Source: a virus
Taxonomy: Duplodnaviria > Caudoviricetes
Strand: one strand, 5' to 3'
Virus record (IMG/VR): IMGVR_UViG_3300037565_000061
Location: 1 to 50,455 of that record
Length of the DNA: 50,455 nucleotides
A model generated the notes under the pieces. The model saw only the letters and a program-made list of their open reading frames with translations, made no database searches and had not been told where the DNA came from. Below are positions 35,813-45,877 of the stretch, piece by piece; within the stretch, counting starts at the first letter, position 1; each line of letters starts with the position of its first letter. The translations under genes were made by a program, and so were the position numbers.

Positions 35813-36847
35813 ATGGCAAAGCGCAAAACCCTGCTGGACCTTCTCGACGAGATGGAGCCAGCGGCGCGGGATGCCTTCGTGGCCTCGATCCGCGACCTCA
35901 AGTCGGACGTCCAGATCAAGGCGCTCGAGGCCGCCATCGGGCGCAACGACGTGCAGGCCGTCCTGCGCATCCTAGACCTCGGCCCGGAATACTTCGCTCC
36001 CCTCGACCGGGTGATTGCCGAAGCCTTCGACGCGGGCGGCGGGCTGGTCATGCAGGAGCTGGTGCGGGACGCGGCCAAGCAGGGCGTGCGGGTGGCGGGG
36101 CGCTTCAATGCCCGCGATGCGCGCGCCGAGCGGATCCTGCGCCAAACCTCCTCGCAGCGGGTCACGCACATCAGCGAGGGCACCCGCGAGGTGATCCGGG
36201 AGACCCTGTCGGACGCGCTGGAGCGCGGCACCTCGCCCCGGTCGGCAGCCCTCGACCTGGTGGGGCGCAAAAATCGCCTCACAGGGCGCCGGGAGGGCGG
36301 GGTGGTCGGTCTGACCCCTGGACAGGCGGAAACGACACGACGCGCCCGCTCCGAGCTTCTCTCGGGCGATCCAGCGCAGATGGCAAACTACCTGCGCCGC
36401 AAGACGCGCGATCGCCGCTTTGACCCCATCGTCAGGCGGGCGATCCGGGAGGGGAAGGCGGTCAAGGTCGGAGACGCGGCCAAGATGATGACCCAGTTCG
36501 AGGCGCGGCAGCTGCGCCAGCGCGGCGAGATGATCGCCCGCACCGAGCTTCTGGGCGCGCTGAGCCAGTCCAAGAACGAGGCGCTGGAGCAGATGATCGA
36601 CCGCGGCAAGGTCTCGCCCGAGCAGATCACGCAGGAATGGGACGCGGCCAACGACGCCGACACCCGGTCGAGCCACGCCGCGATGGACGGACAGACCCGG
36701 CCCTTCGGCCAGCCCTTTACGAGCGGGAACGGGGTGCCCCTGCGCTACCCCGGCGACCCCATGGCACCCGCCGACGAGCGCATCAACTGCCGCTGCATCA
36801 CGAAAGAGCGGATCGACTGGATCGCCTCGCTCGGGCCCGGCGACTGA
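35813..36847 (+). CDS. Minor head morphogenesis protein (Mu gpF / SPP1 gp7 family)
   Basis: RGEMIARTE, W.A..D..TR.SH..MDGQ, YPGDP..PA.E.INCRC. Confidence 0.9.
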   Translation: MAKRKTLLDLLDEMEPAARDAFVASIRDLKSDVQIKALEAAIGRNDVQAVLRILDLGPEYFAPLDRVIAEAFDAGGGLVMQELVRDAAKQGVRVAGRFNARDARAERILRQTSSQRVTHISEGTREVIRETLSDALERGTSPRSAALDLVGRKNRLTGRREGGVVGLTPGQAETTRRARSELLSGDPAQMANYLRRKTRDRRFDPIVRRAIREGKAVKVGDAAKMMTQFEARQLRQRGEMIARTELLGALSQSKNEALEQMIDRGKVSPEQITQEWDAANDADTRSSHAAMDGQTRPFGQPFTSGNGVPLRYPGDPMAPADERINCRCITKERIDWIASLGPGD

Positions 36848-37287
36848 TGACCAAGTACAGCTTCGCCAAACTTGACCAGTGGGCGCTCAAGACCAAGAAG
36901 CGCATGGACGTGGTGGTTAAGCAGTCCGTCACCGACATGATCGCGGACATCGAGATCGTTCCGGCCATGGCGCGGGGCGGCACGCCTCAGAAGGGCACCA
37001 TTCCGAAGGATTTTGGCGCTCTGGCGCGGTCCCTGCAATCGACCCTCTACGGCTCCACCTCTCTGAGCCAGCAGGGCGAGGACAGCCACATTCTGGTGGT
37101 CGGAAACATGGAAGCCGGCGACGTGGCGCGGTTTTCGTGGGGCGGCAACGTCGCCCCCTACGCGCGGGCCATTCACTACGGCTTCGGGACCTATCCCGGC
37201 ACCTTCTGGATCGACGTGGCCCAAACGAAATGGCAATCCTACGTCGCTTCGGCTGTGCGGCGGGCTAAGGCACAGGTGAACGGATGA
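36847..37287 (+). CDS. Tail completion protein (HK97 gp10-like)
   Basis: PKDFGALARS, APYARAIHYG, PG.FWI..A...WQ. Confidence 0.75.
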   Translation: MTKYSFAKLDQWALKTKKRMDVVVKQSVTDMIADIEIVPAMARGGTPQKGTIPKDFGALARSLQSTLYGSTSLSQQGEDSHILVVGNMEAGDVARFSWGGNVAPYARAIHYGFGTYPGTFWIDVAQTKWQSYVASAVRRAKAQVNG

Positions 37288-37694
37288 GCACGAAGAACCT
37301 TCGCAACGCCCTCAAGGCGCGGCTGCTGGCCGGATCGGTCGGCCCCACCAAGGTCTGGCCCAACGTCAACCCGACCTCGGACCCCCCGGCAAAGCCTTAC
37401 ATGGTGATCGCCACCGGGGGCGTGGACCGCGAGGGCGCGCTTCTGATCGGCAACCAGGCGGTCAAGGAAACCGGCCTCTTCACGGTTCTCATCGTGACCG
37501 AACAGGGCGAGGGCGAGGACGCCGCCCTGGACTATGCCGACGCCGTGGCCGCGCTCTTTCCGCAAGGTCTGCGGATCTCCTTCACCGGGGGCGAAATCAC
37601 GATCCTGACCCCGCCCGCGATCCGGGCCGGGTTTCCCGATGGCTCCGACTGGCGCACGCCGGTCGTGATCCGCTACCGGGCCGAGTTTTCCTGA
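37284..37694 (+). CDS. Tail terminator-like protein (DUF4128-like)
   Basis: VWPN, G.F.V, AD.VAALFP.G, TPV.I.Y; precedes tail tube. Confidence 0.75.
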   Translation: MSTKNLRNALKARLLAGSVGPTKVWPNVNPTSDPPAKPYMVIATGGVDREGALLIGNQAVKETGLFTVLIVTEQGEGEDAALDYADAVAALFPQGLRISFTGGEITILTPPAIRAGFPDGSDWRTPVVIRYRAEFS

Positions 37695-37803
37695 CATCAG
37701 CGCCGCTTCCTGAGCAGCGCCAACCAATACCGGCCTTCTGGGCAGGCCGGTTCCCCCTTGCGGGTGAAAGCCCAGATTTGAACCCCCAAGAAAGGAGGAC
37801 ATC

Positions 37804-38247
37804 ATGTCCATCTCGTTCATCGGCTCCACGCTCGCGTGTGTGGCCTCAACCCCTGCCTCGGAAGACCAGTCCGGCTACGAGGCCCTCTCCTACACCGCCA
37901 TCGGCAACGTGGTCTCCATCGGAGAACACGGCGACACCTCCGAGGATGTCTCCTTCACGCTCCTGCAGACGGGCCGCGTGAAGCACATCAACGGCGCCAA
38001 GGACGGCGGCGAAATCTCCGTAACCATCGACTACAGCCGGGCCGATGCGGGCCTCACCCTGCTGGAGGCGTCGAACAACTCCAACACGACCCACTCCTTC
38101 CGCATCACCGACAGCGACGGCGACGACTGGTACTTCCAGGGTGTCATCGCAAACCTGCGCGTCATGGAGCGCACGGCCTCCCAGTACAAGGGCCTGACCT
38201 TCGTGATCCGCGTCCAGTCCGCCGAGGTGAAAGTCGACGGCGCGTAA
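37804..38247 (+). CDS. Major tail tube protein
   Basis: P...DQSGYEALSYT.IG.V.SIGEHG, G..DGG, YFQG; AGGAGG RBS. Confidence 0.8.
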   Translation: MSISFIGSTLACVASTPASEDQSGYEALSYTAIGNVVSIGEHGDTSEDVSFTLLQTGRVKHINGAKDGGEISVTIDYSRADAGLTLLEASNNSNTTHSFRITDSDGDDWYFQGVIANLRVMERTASQYKGLTFVIRVQSAEVKVDGA

Positions 38248-38365
38248 TCCTCGCCAGCCCTGAAAAGGGGACGTGCATGGGCCTGCACGTCGAGGACAGG
38301 ACCGGGCGGCTTGGTTTCACCGCCCGGTCCTTCATCGAAACCGGAAACCGATCAAGGAACCGAAA

Positions 38366-38809
38366 ATGGATTTCACGACCCTCAACACCAAGAACGACGC
38401 CGAGGCCGGCGCCTTCCTGCACCTCAAGCACCCCGTCCTGGGCCACAAGCTCTACGAGGGCGAGGGCGCCACGAAGACCGGCGAATGGACCGACAAGACC
38501 AAGAGCCCCGACGCGGTCGGCGTCATGGTTCGCGGCACCGAAAGCAAGTCCGTGCAGGACCGCGTCAAGAAGCTGCGCAAGGCCAAGCTGAAGGGCGACG
38601 ACGCGGCCGAACCGGACGAGGAAACCGGCCTGAGCTTCGTCTGCTCCCTGGTCATCGGCTTCAAGGGGCTGACCAAGGACGGCAAGCCGATGGAAGCGAC
38701 CGACGAGAACAAGCGGGCCTTCTTCGAGCAGTCCGACAACCTCGTGGAACAGGTGATGACCTTCGCCCAGGAGCGGAGCAATTTTTTTCGCGGAACGTCG
38801 AACGGCTGA
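38366..38809 (+). CDS. Tail assembly chaperone (gpG-like)
   Basis: LHLKHP, VRGTES, EQV..F..ERSNFF; between tube and tape measure. Confidence 0.8.
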   Translation: MDFTTLNTKNDAEAGAFLHLKHPVLGHKLYEGEGATKTGEWTDKTKSPDAVGVMVRGTESKSVQDRVKKLRKAKLKGDDAAEPDEETGLSFVCSLVIGFKGLTKDGKPMEATDENKRAFFEQSDNLVEQVMTFAQERSNFFRGTSNG

Positions 38810-39180
38810 GCCGGGCGACGGAACAGTTGGGCTGGCTGCACGCCACGCCCGAACATGACATGGGAGAGGGCAAGACGAAGCCTTGGCCTCACACCCGTCT
38901 GGAGCAGTACCGGAAGGAGGGGCGCGAGCCGCCCTTCCCGAAGATCCAGCACGGCCACCACCTGATCAACGCGCTCTTCGAGGTCGGCCCGACGAAGCAC
39001 GGGGCGATGGGCGGCGAGGAGCCGGTCGGCTGGCTGGACGTGGACGCCTACGCCCGCCTGACCGAGGAAATCACGGAACCCTGGGAGGCCCGCGCTCTGA
39101 TCGAAATGAGCCGGGCCTATCTCAACGGCAAGCGGAGCGGCACGGACGTGCTGTCGATCCCGCCGCTGGAGCGGGACTGA
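38782..39180 (+). CDS. Tail assembly chaperone gpGT extension via -1 frameshift
   Basis: Slippery T-TTT-TTT at 38782-38788; -1 frame open to 39180 (GWLHATP...LFEVGP...W.DVDAY...PWEARALIEMSRAYL). Confidence 0.75.
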   Translation, partial: FFSRNVERLSRATEQLGWLHATPEHDMGEGKTKPWPHTRLEQYRKEGREPPFPKIQHGHHLINALFEVGPTKHGAMGGEEPVGWLDVDAYARLTEEITEPWEARALIEMSRAYLNGKRSGTDVLSIPPLERD

Positions 39181-39181
39181 C

Positions 39182-39574
39182 CTAGTCGATCACGTTGCCT
39201 TCGTGATCAACGGCGCTGACCGGGATGAAGTGGAAGTCGATCCGCTCCCGGTCGGCCCGGGCGGGAATGAAGGGCAAGCGCACCACCTCTTCGATGGTCT
39301 CTCCCGGCTCGATCCCCCCGGCGAAACCGATCCGGCCCCACGGGGTGCTGTCTGTGCGGGTATCGACCCAGGGAACCTCCCGTCCTTCTTCGGTGTGGAG
39401 GTGGTGGAAGCTGAGGGCCGAGACCGCCGCCTGACCGTGGTTCGTGAACCTGCAGATCATCAGATTGTCGAGGTCATGCGCGGCCGGCTCGCAGCCGTGG
39501 ATCTCGACAACATCAGAAATATCCGCCTGCGCGGTCCCGGCGAGGACAGCTAGGGCCAGAACGATCTTCTTCAT
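39182..39574 (-). CDS. Exported protein (signal peptide), moron-like
   Basis: MKKIVLALAVLAGTAQA-D signal; GGAGG RBS; antisense to tail operon. Confidence 0.75.
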   Translation of the reverse strand: MKKIVLALAVLAGTAQADISDVVEIHGCEPAAHDLDNLMICRFTNHGQAAVSALSFHHLHTEEGREVPWVDTRTDSTPWGRIGFAGGIEPGETIEEVVRLPFIPARADRERIDFHFIPVSAVDHEGNVID

Positions 39575-39599
39575 CTCAACCTCCGATTGCCATGTCACT

Positions 39600-39628
39600 T
39601 AGATAGGCCGTCGCTTATTGCGATTCAA
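39600..39628 (-). promoter_or_regulatory. Promoter with operator for exported protein
   Basis: TTGAAT-17-TATCTA on minus strand; GTCGCTTATTGCGAT 39610-39624. Confidence 0.6.
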
Positions 39629-39637
39629 GGAAAAGCC

Positions 39638-42600
39638 ATGGACGTTGCCGAACTGGGCATGAAAGTCGATACCCGCCCCCTCAAGGAGGCGGAACGCTCG
39701 ATGGAGGGGTTTGTCCGCGCCGGCAAGCGCGTGGACGGGGCCGCTCGCAATGTCACGCGCCAGACCGACATGATGGGCGCGGCCCTGAAGCGGGCGGCGA
39801 AGTTCGCCATCGCGGCCACCTCGGCCTTCGTGGGACTCGGTGCGGCCACCCAGGCCATCACCACGGCGCGCCAGTTCAACTCCGCCCTGGCCGAGACCTC
39901 GACGCTCCTCAAGGGCACGGCCAAGGAGATGTCCTTCCTCGACAAGGAATCGAAGCGGCTGGCGGGCACCTACGGCGGCAGCGCCACGGCTCAGGTCAAA
40001 GCCTTCTATCAGGCGATCTCCGCCGGGGCCGGATCGGTCGAGCAGGCCGCCACCGTGCTCGATCAGGCCAACCGGCTGGCCGTGGGCGGTGTCACCGACA
40101 TCACGACCGCGGTGGATGGCCTGACCACGGCCACCAACGCCTATGCCGCGCAAGGTCTCACTGCGGCGGAAGCGTCAGACGCCATGTTCGTCGCCATGGC
40201 CGCCGGTAAGACGACCGTGGGCGAGCTTTCCAGCCAGCTTGGTCAGATCGTGCCCATCGCCAGCGCCGCCGGGGTTTCCTTCGACGAGGTGGTGGGCGGC
40301 ATCGCGGCCCTGACCACGCAAGGCCAGTCAACCGCCATGGCAACCACCGGCCTGCGGCAGGTCATCGCCTCGATCATCAAGCCGACCAAGCAAGCCAGCG
40401 ACATGGCCGAGCAACTGGGGATCGCCTTCAACGTCCAGGCGCTGGAGAGCGAGGGCCTGGCCGGGTTCCTCGAAGAGGTCATCGAGAAGACCGGCGGCAA
40501 CCAGGAGGCCATGGCGCAGCTTTTCGGCTCGGTCGAGGCTCTGAACGCGGCTCTGGCCTTTGCGGGCGGCGCGGGCTCGACCTTCAGCGAGATCCTGGAG
40601 GACATGGCGAACAAGGCCGGGGCAACAGATGCCGCCTTCCAGAAGGTGGCCCAGGAGCTCGATCAGCGCATGTCTGCCGCCCTCGGCAAGATCGGCAACC
40701 TTGGTCTGGTCATCGGGCAGGCCCTCCTGAAGCTCGTGGTGCCGCCCCTGGAGGCCATCGCCGCTGCCGCGCAGCTTCTGGCCGAGAACTTCGACCGAGT
40801 GGAATCTTACGCCATCGCCGCCGCCGCCGCCCTGACCGTCACCATGGCGCCCGCGCTCCTCGCTGCCGGGGTGGCTGCGGGCAAGTTCGCCGCCGGGATT
40901 CTCCTGACCCGCACCGCGCTCATTCGCTCGGGCTGGGGCGTGGCAATCGTGCTTCTGGGCGAGGTCATCCACCAGATCAGCAAGGCCGTGGAGGCGGCGG
41001 GCGGGTTCGGTGCGGCCCTGTCGCTGCTGGGCGAGGTCGCCGCCGAGGTCTGGGAGCGCATCAAGACGGGTGCTGCTGGCATGGTCAAGACCATGGGCGG
41101 GCTGTGGCAAAGCATGAGCTCTTCCTTCCTGCTGGCCCTGTCGGAGATGGCGACCGCCGCGCACGATTTCCTGTGGCGCATCGGGTCGGCCTTCAGCGGC
41201 GTGGCCGGGTTTGAGACGGTTGGCGCAGGGCTTCTGGGGGCCGCCGAGAAATTGAGCGAAGCCTCCGGGTCACTGGCACGGTCGGGCTACGAAGCGCGGG
41301 ATGCAGCGAAAGCCTCCCACGCGGCAGCCAAAGAGCTCTACGCCGCCGCCACCGCGCCCCTGAAGTCCCTCGAAAAGCTCAACAAGCAGGTCGAGGAGAC
41401 CACCGAGGCGGCGGAGGACGCCACCAGCACCACGGTTGATCTCGACAATGCCCTGACCGATCTGGGCGAGGGCGGCGCGGGCAAGGCGGGCAAGGGCCTG
41501 AAGAAGGCCGCCGATGAGGCCAAGGGCTTCGAGAGCGCGCTCAAGGATGCCGCCATGACCGCCGAGGAGATCGGCAAGGAAAAGGCCAACATCCTGGTCG
41601 CGGGCATCGACAACGTGGCGAATGCCTTTGGGGATTTCGTGGCCGGTGGCCTCAAGGACTTCAAGGGCTTCGTCAAGCAGGTGCTGTCGAGCTTCACCGG
41701 CATGATCTCCAAGATGATCGCGCTCGCGGCCCGCAACCGGATCATGCTGTCGATGGGCATCTCTGCAAGCGACCTGTCGGGCGCGGCGGCCCAGGCGGCG
41801 GGCGGTATTCCGGGCCTGGGCGGTGGCGGTGGTCTGCTGGGCGGGATCCTCGGTTCCGTGGCCTCGGGCACCGGCCTGATCGGGGGGGCCTCCAACGTGA
41901 TCGCCTCCTTCGGCATGTCCGGTGTCGGCGGGGCCTTGAGCTCCATCAGCCATTCCTTCAGCGCCCTCGCCGCAGGCACCGGCAGCCTGGCGACCGCCAT
42001 CGGCTCGGCCCTTCCTGTCGTCGGTCTCGCCGTGGCGGCCTTCTCCTTCTTCAAGAGCAAGACGAAGGAGCTGGACACCGGCCTGCGCATCACCGCCACC
42101 GGCATGGACGCGCTGATCGAGTCCTTCCGCACCGTTGAGAAGACCCGCTTCTGGGGCCTCTCCAAGAAGGTGCGGACCTCCTACGAGGCAGCCTCTTCAG
42201 AGGTGGCGCAGCCGATCCAGGACGCCATCAACGACATCGGCCAGTCCATCACCGGGCTCGCGGGCACCCTCGGCCTGCAAGCCGAAAACCTCTCCAACGC
42301 GCGCTACCAGTTCGAGATCTCCACCAAGGGCAAGACCGAAGAGGAGATTCAGAAGGCCATCACCGAGGAGATGGGCGAGCTTGCCAACGCCTTCTCGGGC
42401 GCGCTGGTGGGCACCTACGAAGAGCTGGTCGTGGACGCCGCCGACATTGCCGCCGCCAAGAAAAAGCTGGACCAGATGCGCGAGCGGATGGCCCACCAGG
42501 GCGGGGAGGGTTTCGAGCTTGGCTCCGCGCTGCGGCCCTACGAGCAGGCCCTGGCCGACGCCGAGGCCGGGAAGGTGGTCGAACGTGTGAACGAAGAGTT

Positions 42601-45600
42601 TGCTCGCTTCGTGCGTTCCGGAGAGGATTACTACGACACGCTGGTGGCCCTCGCCGGGTCTCTGGAGATCGTCAACGACCAGTTCGATATGCTGGGCTTC
42701 AACCTCTTCGACGCCTCCCTGGCCGGGGCCGACATGGCCCGCACCTTCACCGACCTCTTCGGCGGCTGGGAGGGCTTTGCCAATGGGGTCGCGGGCTACA
42801 TCGACGCCTTCTATTCCGATGCCGAGAAGCTGGAGCTGATCACCAAGCGCGTGAGCGAGGGGCTGGAGGGCCTGACCGGGGATAACCTCAACACGGCGAT
42901 GGAAAGCCGCGACCTCTTCAAGGCCCTGACCGACTGGGCGGGGTCGATCGCGGCCAACAGCGACTATCACCGCGATATGTTCGCCAAGCTGATCAACGTG
43001 GCCCCGCTGGTGGACGAGATGTTCCGCCTGCAGGACTCGCTGGAGCAGGCGGGCGATGCGACCGGCGGTGTGACCGACCAGATCGAGCAACTGACCGAGG
43101 CGCAGCGCGAGGCGCAGGGGCTTCTGGGCCAGATCGACCAGTTGGAGCGGCAGCTCCTCGAGCTTCAGGGCGACACCGTGGCCCTGCGCCAGCGCGAGAA
43201 GGATGCCGTTGAGGACGAGAACGTCGCCCTCGTCGAAAGCATCCACACCCTGCAAGACAAGATCAAGACGATCCGCGACGAACAGGCGGCGGAGGCCGAG
43301 GCGGCACGGGCCGCCGAGCAGATGGCCGGCATCGAGGCGCGCCTGCACGAGCAACTGCTGCGGCTCCAGGGCGATACGGTCGCGCTGCGGGAACTGGAGG
43401 CCGAGGGCCTGAGCGAAACCGCGAAAGCGACCCTGGAGAAGATCTGGGCCCTTGAGGACGAGGCGGCGGCGAATGATGCGGCGGCGGAGGCAGCCGATGC
43501 GGCGGCCCAGGCGGCGCAGGAGCTGGCAGATCAGTTTGACAGCTTCGCGGACGCCTTCTTCACGGATGCGGAAAAGCTCGACCTGACCACCGCAAAAATC
43601 ACCGACGCCCTGTCGGAAGTCGGCACGGACGTGCTCGATACGGTCCTCTCGACCCGCGCTGGCTTCAAGGATCTCGTGCTCTCCCTGAAGGAGGCCGGCG
43701 ATCCTCTCTACGAGCTACTGCTGTCGGTCTCGCCGCTGGTGGCAAATCTCTACGACCTCAAGGACGCCATCGCGGAAGCGGGGCAGGTGGTCGATGAGAC
43801 CGGCGAGGTGATCGAGGAGAACACCGAGGCCCTGCAACAGCGCCAGACCCTCGAAGACCGGCTGGCGAACACCATCCAGCAGATCAACGAGTTGACCCTG
43901 ACCAGCGAACAGCTGCGGGCGCTGGAGCGGTCCACCATCGACGCCACCAACCTGGCCCTCTACGACCAGGTGACGGCCCGCGAGGACGAGCTTGAGGCCA
44001 TCATCGCGAGCCAGAGGGCCATCGAGGAGGCGGAGCAGGCGGCCCAGGAGCGCGAAAACAAGCGCCTCTCCGAGATCGAGCGCCTGACCCAGCGCAAGCT
44101 GGAACTTGAGGGCGACACGGAGGCCCTGCGCAAGCTGGAGCTTGCCACCCTTGAGCCCTCGAACCGCGCCCTTCAGGAGTACATCTGGGCGCTGGAGGAT
44201 CAGGCGACGGCGCAGGAGGAGGCCAGCCGCATTGCCGAGAAGGCCGCGAGCGAGCAGGACAGCCTCAACCGCCGGATACTGGAACTGCAAGGCGACACCG
44301 CCGCGCTGCGCGCCCTGGAACTGGCCGAACTGGAACCGGGCAACCGGGCGCTGCAAGAGCGCGTCTGGGCGCTGGAGGACGAGGCCGAGGCGATTGCGGA
44401 GGCGAACCGCCTGAAGGCCGAGGAGCTGGCCGAGCGGCTTGGCCTGGAGGGGGAGCTGCTGCGTTTGCAAGGCAACACGGCGGAACTGCGCCGCCGCGAG
44501 CTTGAAGCCCTCTTCCCGGCCAACCGGGAACTGCAAGAGCGGATCTGGGCGCTTCAGGACGTTTCCACCGCGGAGGAGGCCGCCGCCGAGGCCACGGCCA
44601 ACGCCGCCGCCCGGATGCAGGACGCGCTGTCGCACCTTGCCACCCTGATCGACGACGCCATCACGGCGATCCGCGAGCGGGCAGCCCGCGAGATCTCAGA
44701 TCTGCGCGCCACGCTGGAGGCCGCCCAGAGCGCCTTCGATCTGACGCGCACGCAACTGGAAGGCGCCTATGCCACGGTGCAGGCGTCGGTGGACGCGGAT
44801 CGGGTCATGGCCGTGGCCCGCTACGAGACAGCCCTGTCCCGTCTCGACAGCCGGATGGATCACGCGCGGGCCTCTGCCTCACGCCTGGGGTCGATCTTCT
44901 CGATGCTCGACAGCGCCTTCAATTCAGCCTCGGAAGCCTCCGGGTCGGCCCTGGCCGCGCAGGTGCGCGAGGCTCAGCGGTTCCTGATCGGCCAGCGCGG
45001 TCGGGTTCCGGCGGATGCCGACCGGCTTCAGTCGGCCCTGTCGCTGGCGGGTAAGGACAGCACGACCTTCTACCGGGATGCCGAGTCCTTCCGCAACGCG
45101 CAACTGAAGACGGCGGCGGCCATCGGCGCCATGCGCCGGAACGCGGAAGGGGAGCTGACCGAGGCCGAACGTCAGGTGGAAGCCCTGGAGGCGGCCCGGG
45201 TGGCCCGCGAGCGCCAGCACGAGCGCGAAATGGACGCCCTCGACGCGCAGCTTGCCCGCGCCAAGGAGATCTACGAGGCAGCCCTCGGCAACACCGTGGC
45301 TGTCCTGGAGGTGAACGCCTCCATCGACAACCTGCGGCAGGTCGCCAACGGCTTCATCACCGAGCAGTTGGCGCTCAACCGCCTGACCGAGGAGACCAAC
45401 GCAACGATCGCGGAGATCGAGCGGCTGGCGGATATGGAGATCGACTTCCTGAGCGCCCAGCTTGCCGAGTCCCGCACAGCGGTCCAGGTGGCCGAGCGGA
45501 CCTACAACGCCACGCTGTCGGTCGAGGATGCCATCGCGGACCTCTCCGACGCCATCGAGGCTTACATGGCCTCACAGAACCCGGAGGACCCGCCTGCCTT

Positions 45601-45877
45601 TGCCACGGGCGGCGTGCACGGCGGTGGCCCGGCCCGGATTGCCGAGACCGGCGTGGAGATCGTCGCTCCCTCGCGCATCTACAACCCCTCCCAGACCCGG
45701 GCGATGCTCGATAACCGCGTGCTCGCCGTGGAACTCCAGCGCCTGCGCCAGGAGGTTCGGGACCTGCGCAACGACAGCAACGCCCGCCAGGAGCGCCTGA
45801 TCGTGACCGCCGAGAAGAGCCGCAAGATCTCGGACAAGTGGGACAAGGAAGGTCTGCCGACGGAGCGCACGACATGA
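39638..45877 (+). CDS. Tail tape measure protein (2079 aa)
   Basis: TP901-type core (AFYQAISAG, GKTTVGEL, GSVEA), Ala/Gly-rich, internal repeats, C-terminal PAFATGG..ETG.E. Confidence 0.93.
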   Translation: MDVAELGMKVDTRPLKEAERSMEGFVRAGKRVDGAARNVTRQTDMMGAALKRAAKFAIAATSAFVGLGAATQAITTARQFNSALAETSTLLKGTAKEMSFLDKESKRLAGTYGGSATAQVKAFYQAISAGAGSVEQAATVLDQANRLAVGGVTDITTAVDGLTTATNAYAAQGLTAAEASDAMFVAMAAGKTTVGELSSQLGQIVPIASAAGVSFDEVVGGIAALTTQGQSTAMATTGLRQVIASIIKPTKQASDMAEQLGIAFNVQALESEGLAGFLEEVIEKTGGNQEAMAQLFGSVEALNAALAFAGGAGSTFSEILEDMANKAGATDAAFQKVAQELDQRMSAALGKIGNLGLVIGQALLKLVVPPLEAIAAAAQLLAENFDRVESYAIAAAAALTVTMAPALLAAGVAAGKFAAGILLTRTALIRSGWGVAIVLLGEVIHQISKAVEAAGGFGAALSLLGEVAAEVWERIKTGAAGMVKTMGGLWQSMSSSFLLALSEMATAAHDFLWRIGSAFSGVAGFETVGAGLLGAAEKLSEASGSLARSGYEARDAAKASHAAAKELYAAATAPLKSLEKLNKQVEETTEAAEDATSTTVDLDNALTDLGEGGAGKAGKGLKKAADEAKGFESALKDAAMTAEEIGKEKANILVAGIDNVANAFGDFVAGGLKDFKGFVKQVLSSFTGMISKMIALAARNRIMLSMGISASDLSGAAAQAAGGIPGLGGGGGLLGGILGSVASGTGLIGGASNVIASFGMSGVGGALSSISHSFSALAAGTGSLATAIGSALPVVGLAVAAFSFFKSKTKELDTGLRITATGMDALIESFRTVEKTRFWGLSKKVRTSYEAASSEVAQPIQDAINDIGQSITGLAGTLGLQAENLSNARYQFEISTKGKTEEEIQKAITEEMGELANAFSGALVGTYEELVVDAADIAAAKKKLDQMRERMAHQGGEGFELGSALRPYEQALADAEAGKVVERVNEEFARFVRSGEDYYDTLVALAGSLEIVNDQFDMLGFNLFDASLAGADMARTFTDLFGGWEGFANGVAGYIDAFYSDAEKLELITKRVSEGLEGLTGDNLNTAMESRDLFKALTDWAGSIAANSDYHRDMFAKLINVAPLVDEMFRLQDSLEQAGDATGGVTDQIEQLTEAQREAQGLLGQIDQLERQLLELQGDTVALRQREKDAVEDENVALVESIHTLQDKIKTIRDEQAAEAEAARAAEQMAGIEARLHEQLLRLQGDTVALRELEAEGLSETAKATLEKIWALEDEAAANDAAAEAADAAAQAAQELADQFDSFADAFFTDAEKLDLTTAKITDALSEVGTDVLDTVLSTRAGFKDLVLSLKEAGDPLYELLLSVSPLVANLYDLKDAIAEAGQVVDETGEVIEENTEALQQRQTLEDRLANTIQQINELTLTSEQLRALERSTIDATNLALYDQVTAREDELEAIIASQRAIEEAEQAAQERENKRLSEIERLTQRKLELEGDTEALRKLELATLEPSNRALQEYIWALEDQATAQEEASRIAEKAASEQDSLNRRILELQGDTAALRALELAELEPGNRALQERVWALEDEAEAIAEANRLKAEELAERLGLEGELLRLQGNTAELRRRELEALFPANRELQERIWALQDVSTAEEAAAEATANAAARMQDALSHLATLIDDAITAIRERAAREISDLRATLEAAQSAFDLTRTQLEGAYATVQASVDADRVMAVARYETALSRLDSRMDHARASASRLGSIFSMLDSAFNSASEASGSALAAQVREAQRFLIGQRGRVPADADRLQSALSLAGKDSTTFYRDAESFRNAQLKTAAAIGAMRRNAEGELTEAERQVEALEAARVARERQHEREMDALDAQLARAKEIYEAALGNTVAVLEVNASIDNLRQVANGFITEQLALNRLTEETNATIAEIERLADMEIDFLSAQLAESRTAVQVAERTYNATLSVEDAIADLSDAIEAYMASQNPEDPPAFATGGVHGGGPARIAETGVEIVAPSRIYNPSQTRAMLDNRVLAVELQRLRQEVRDLRNDSNARQERLIVTAEKSRKISDKWDKEGLPTERTT

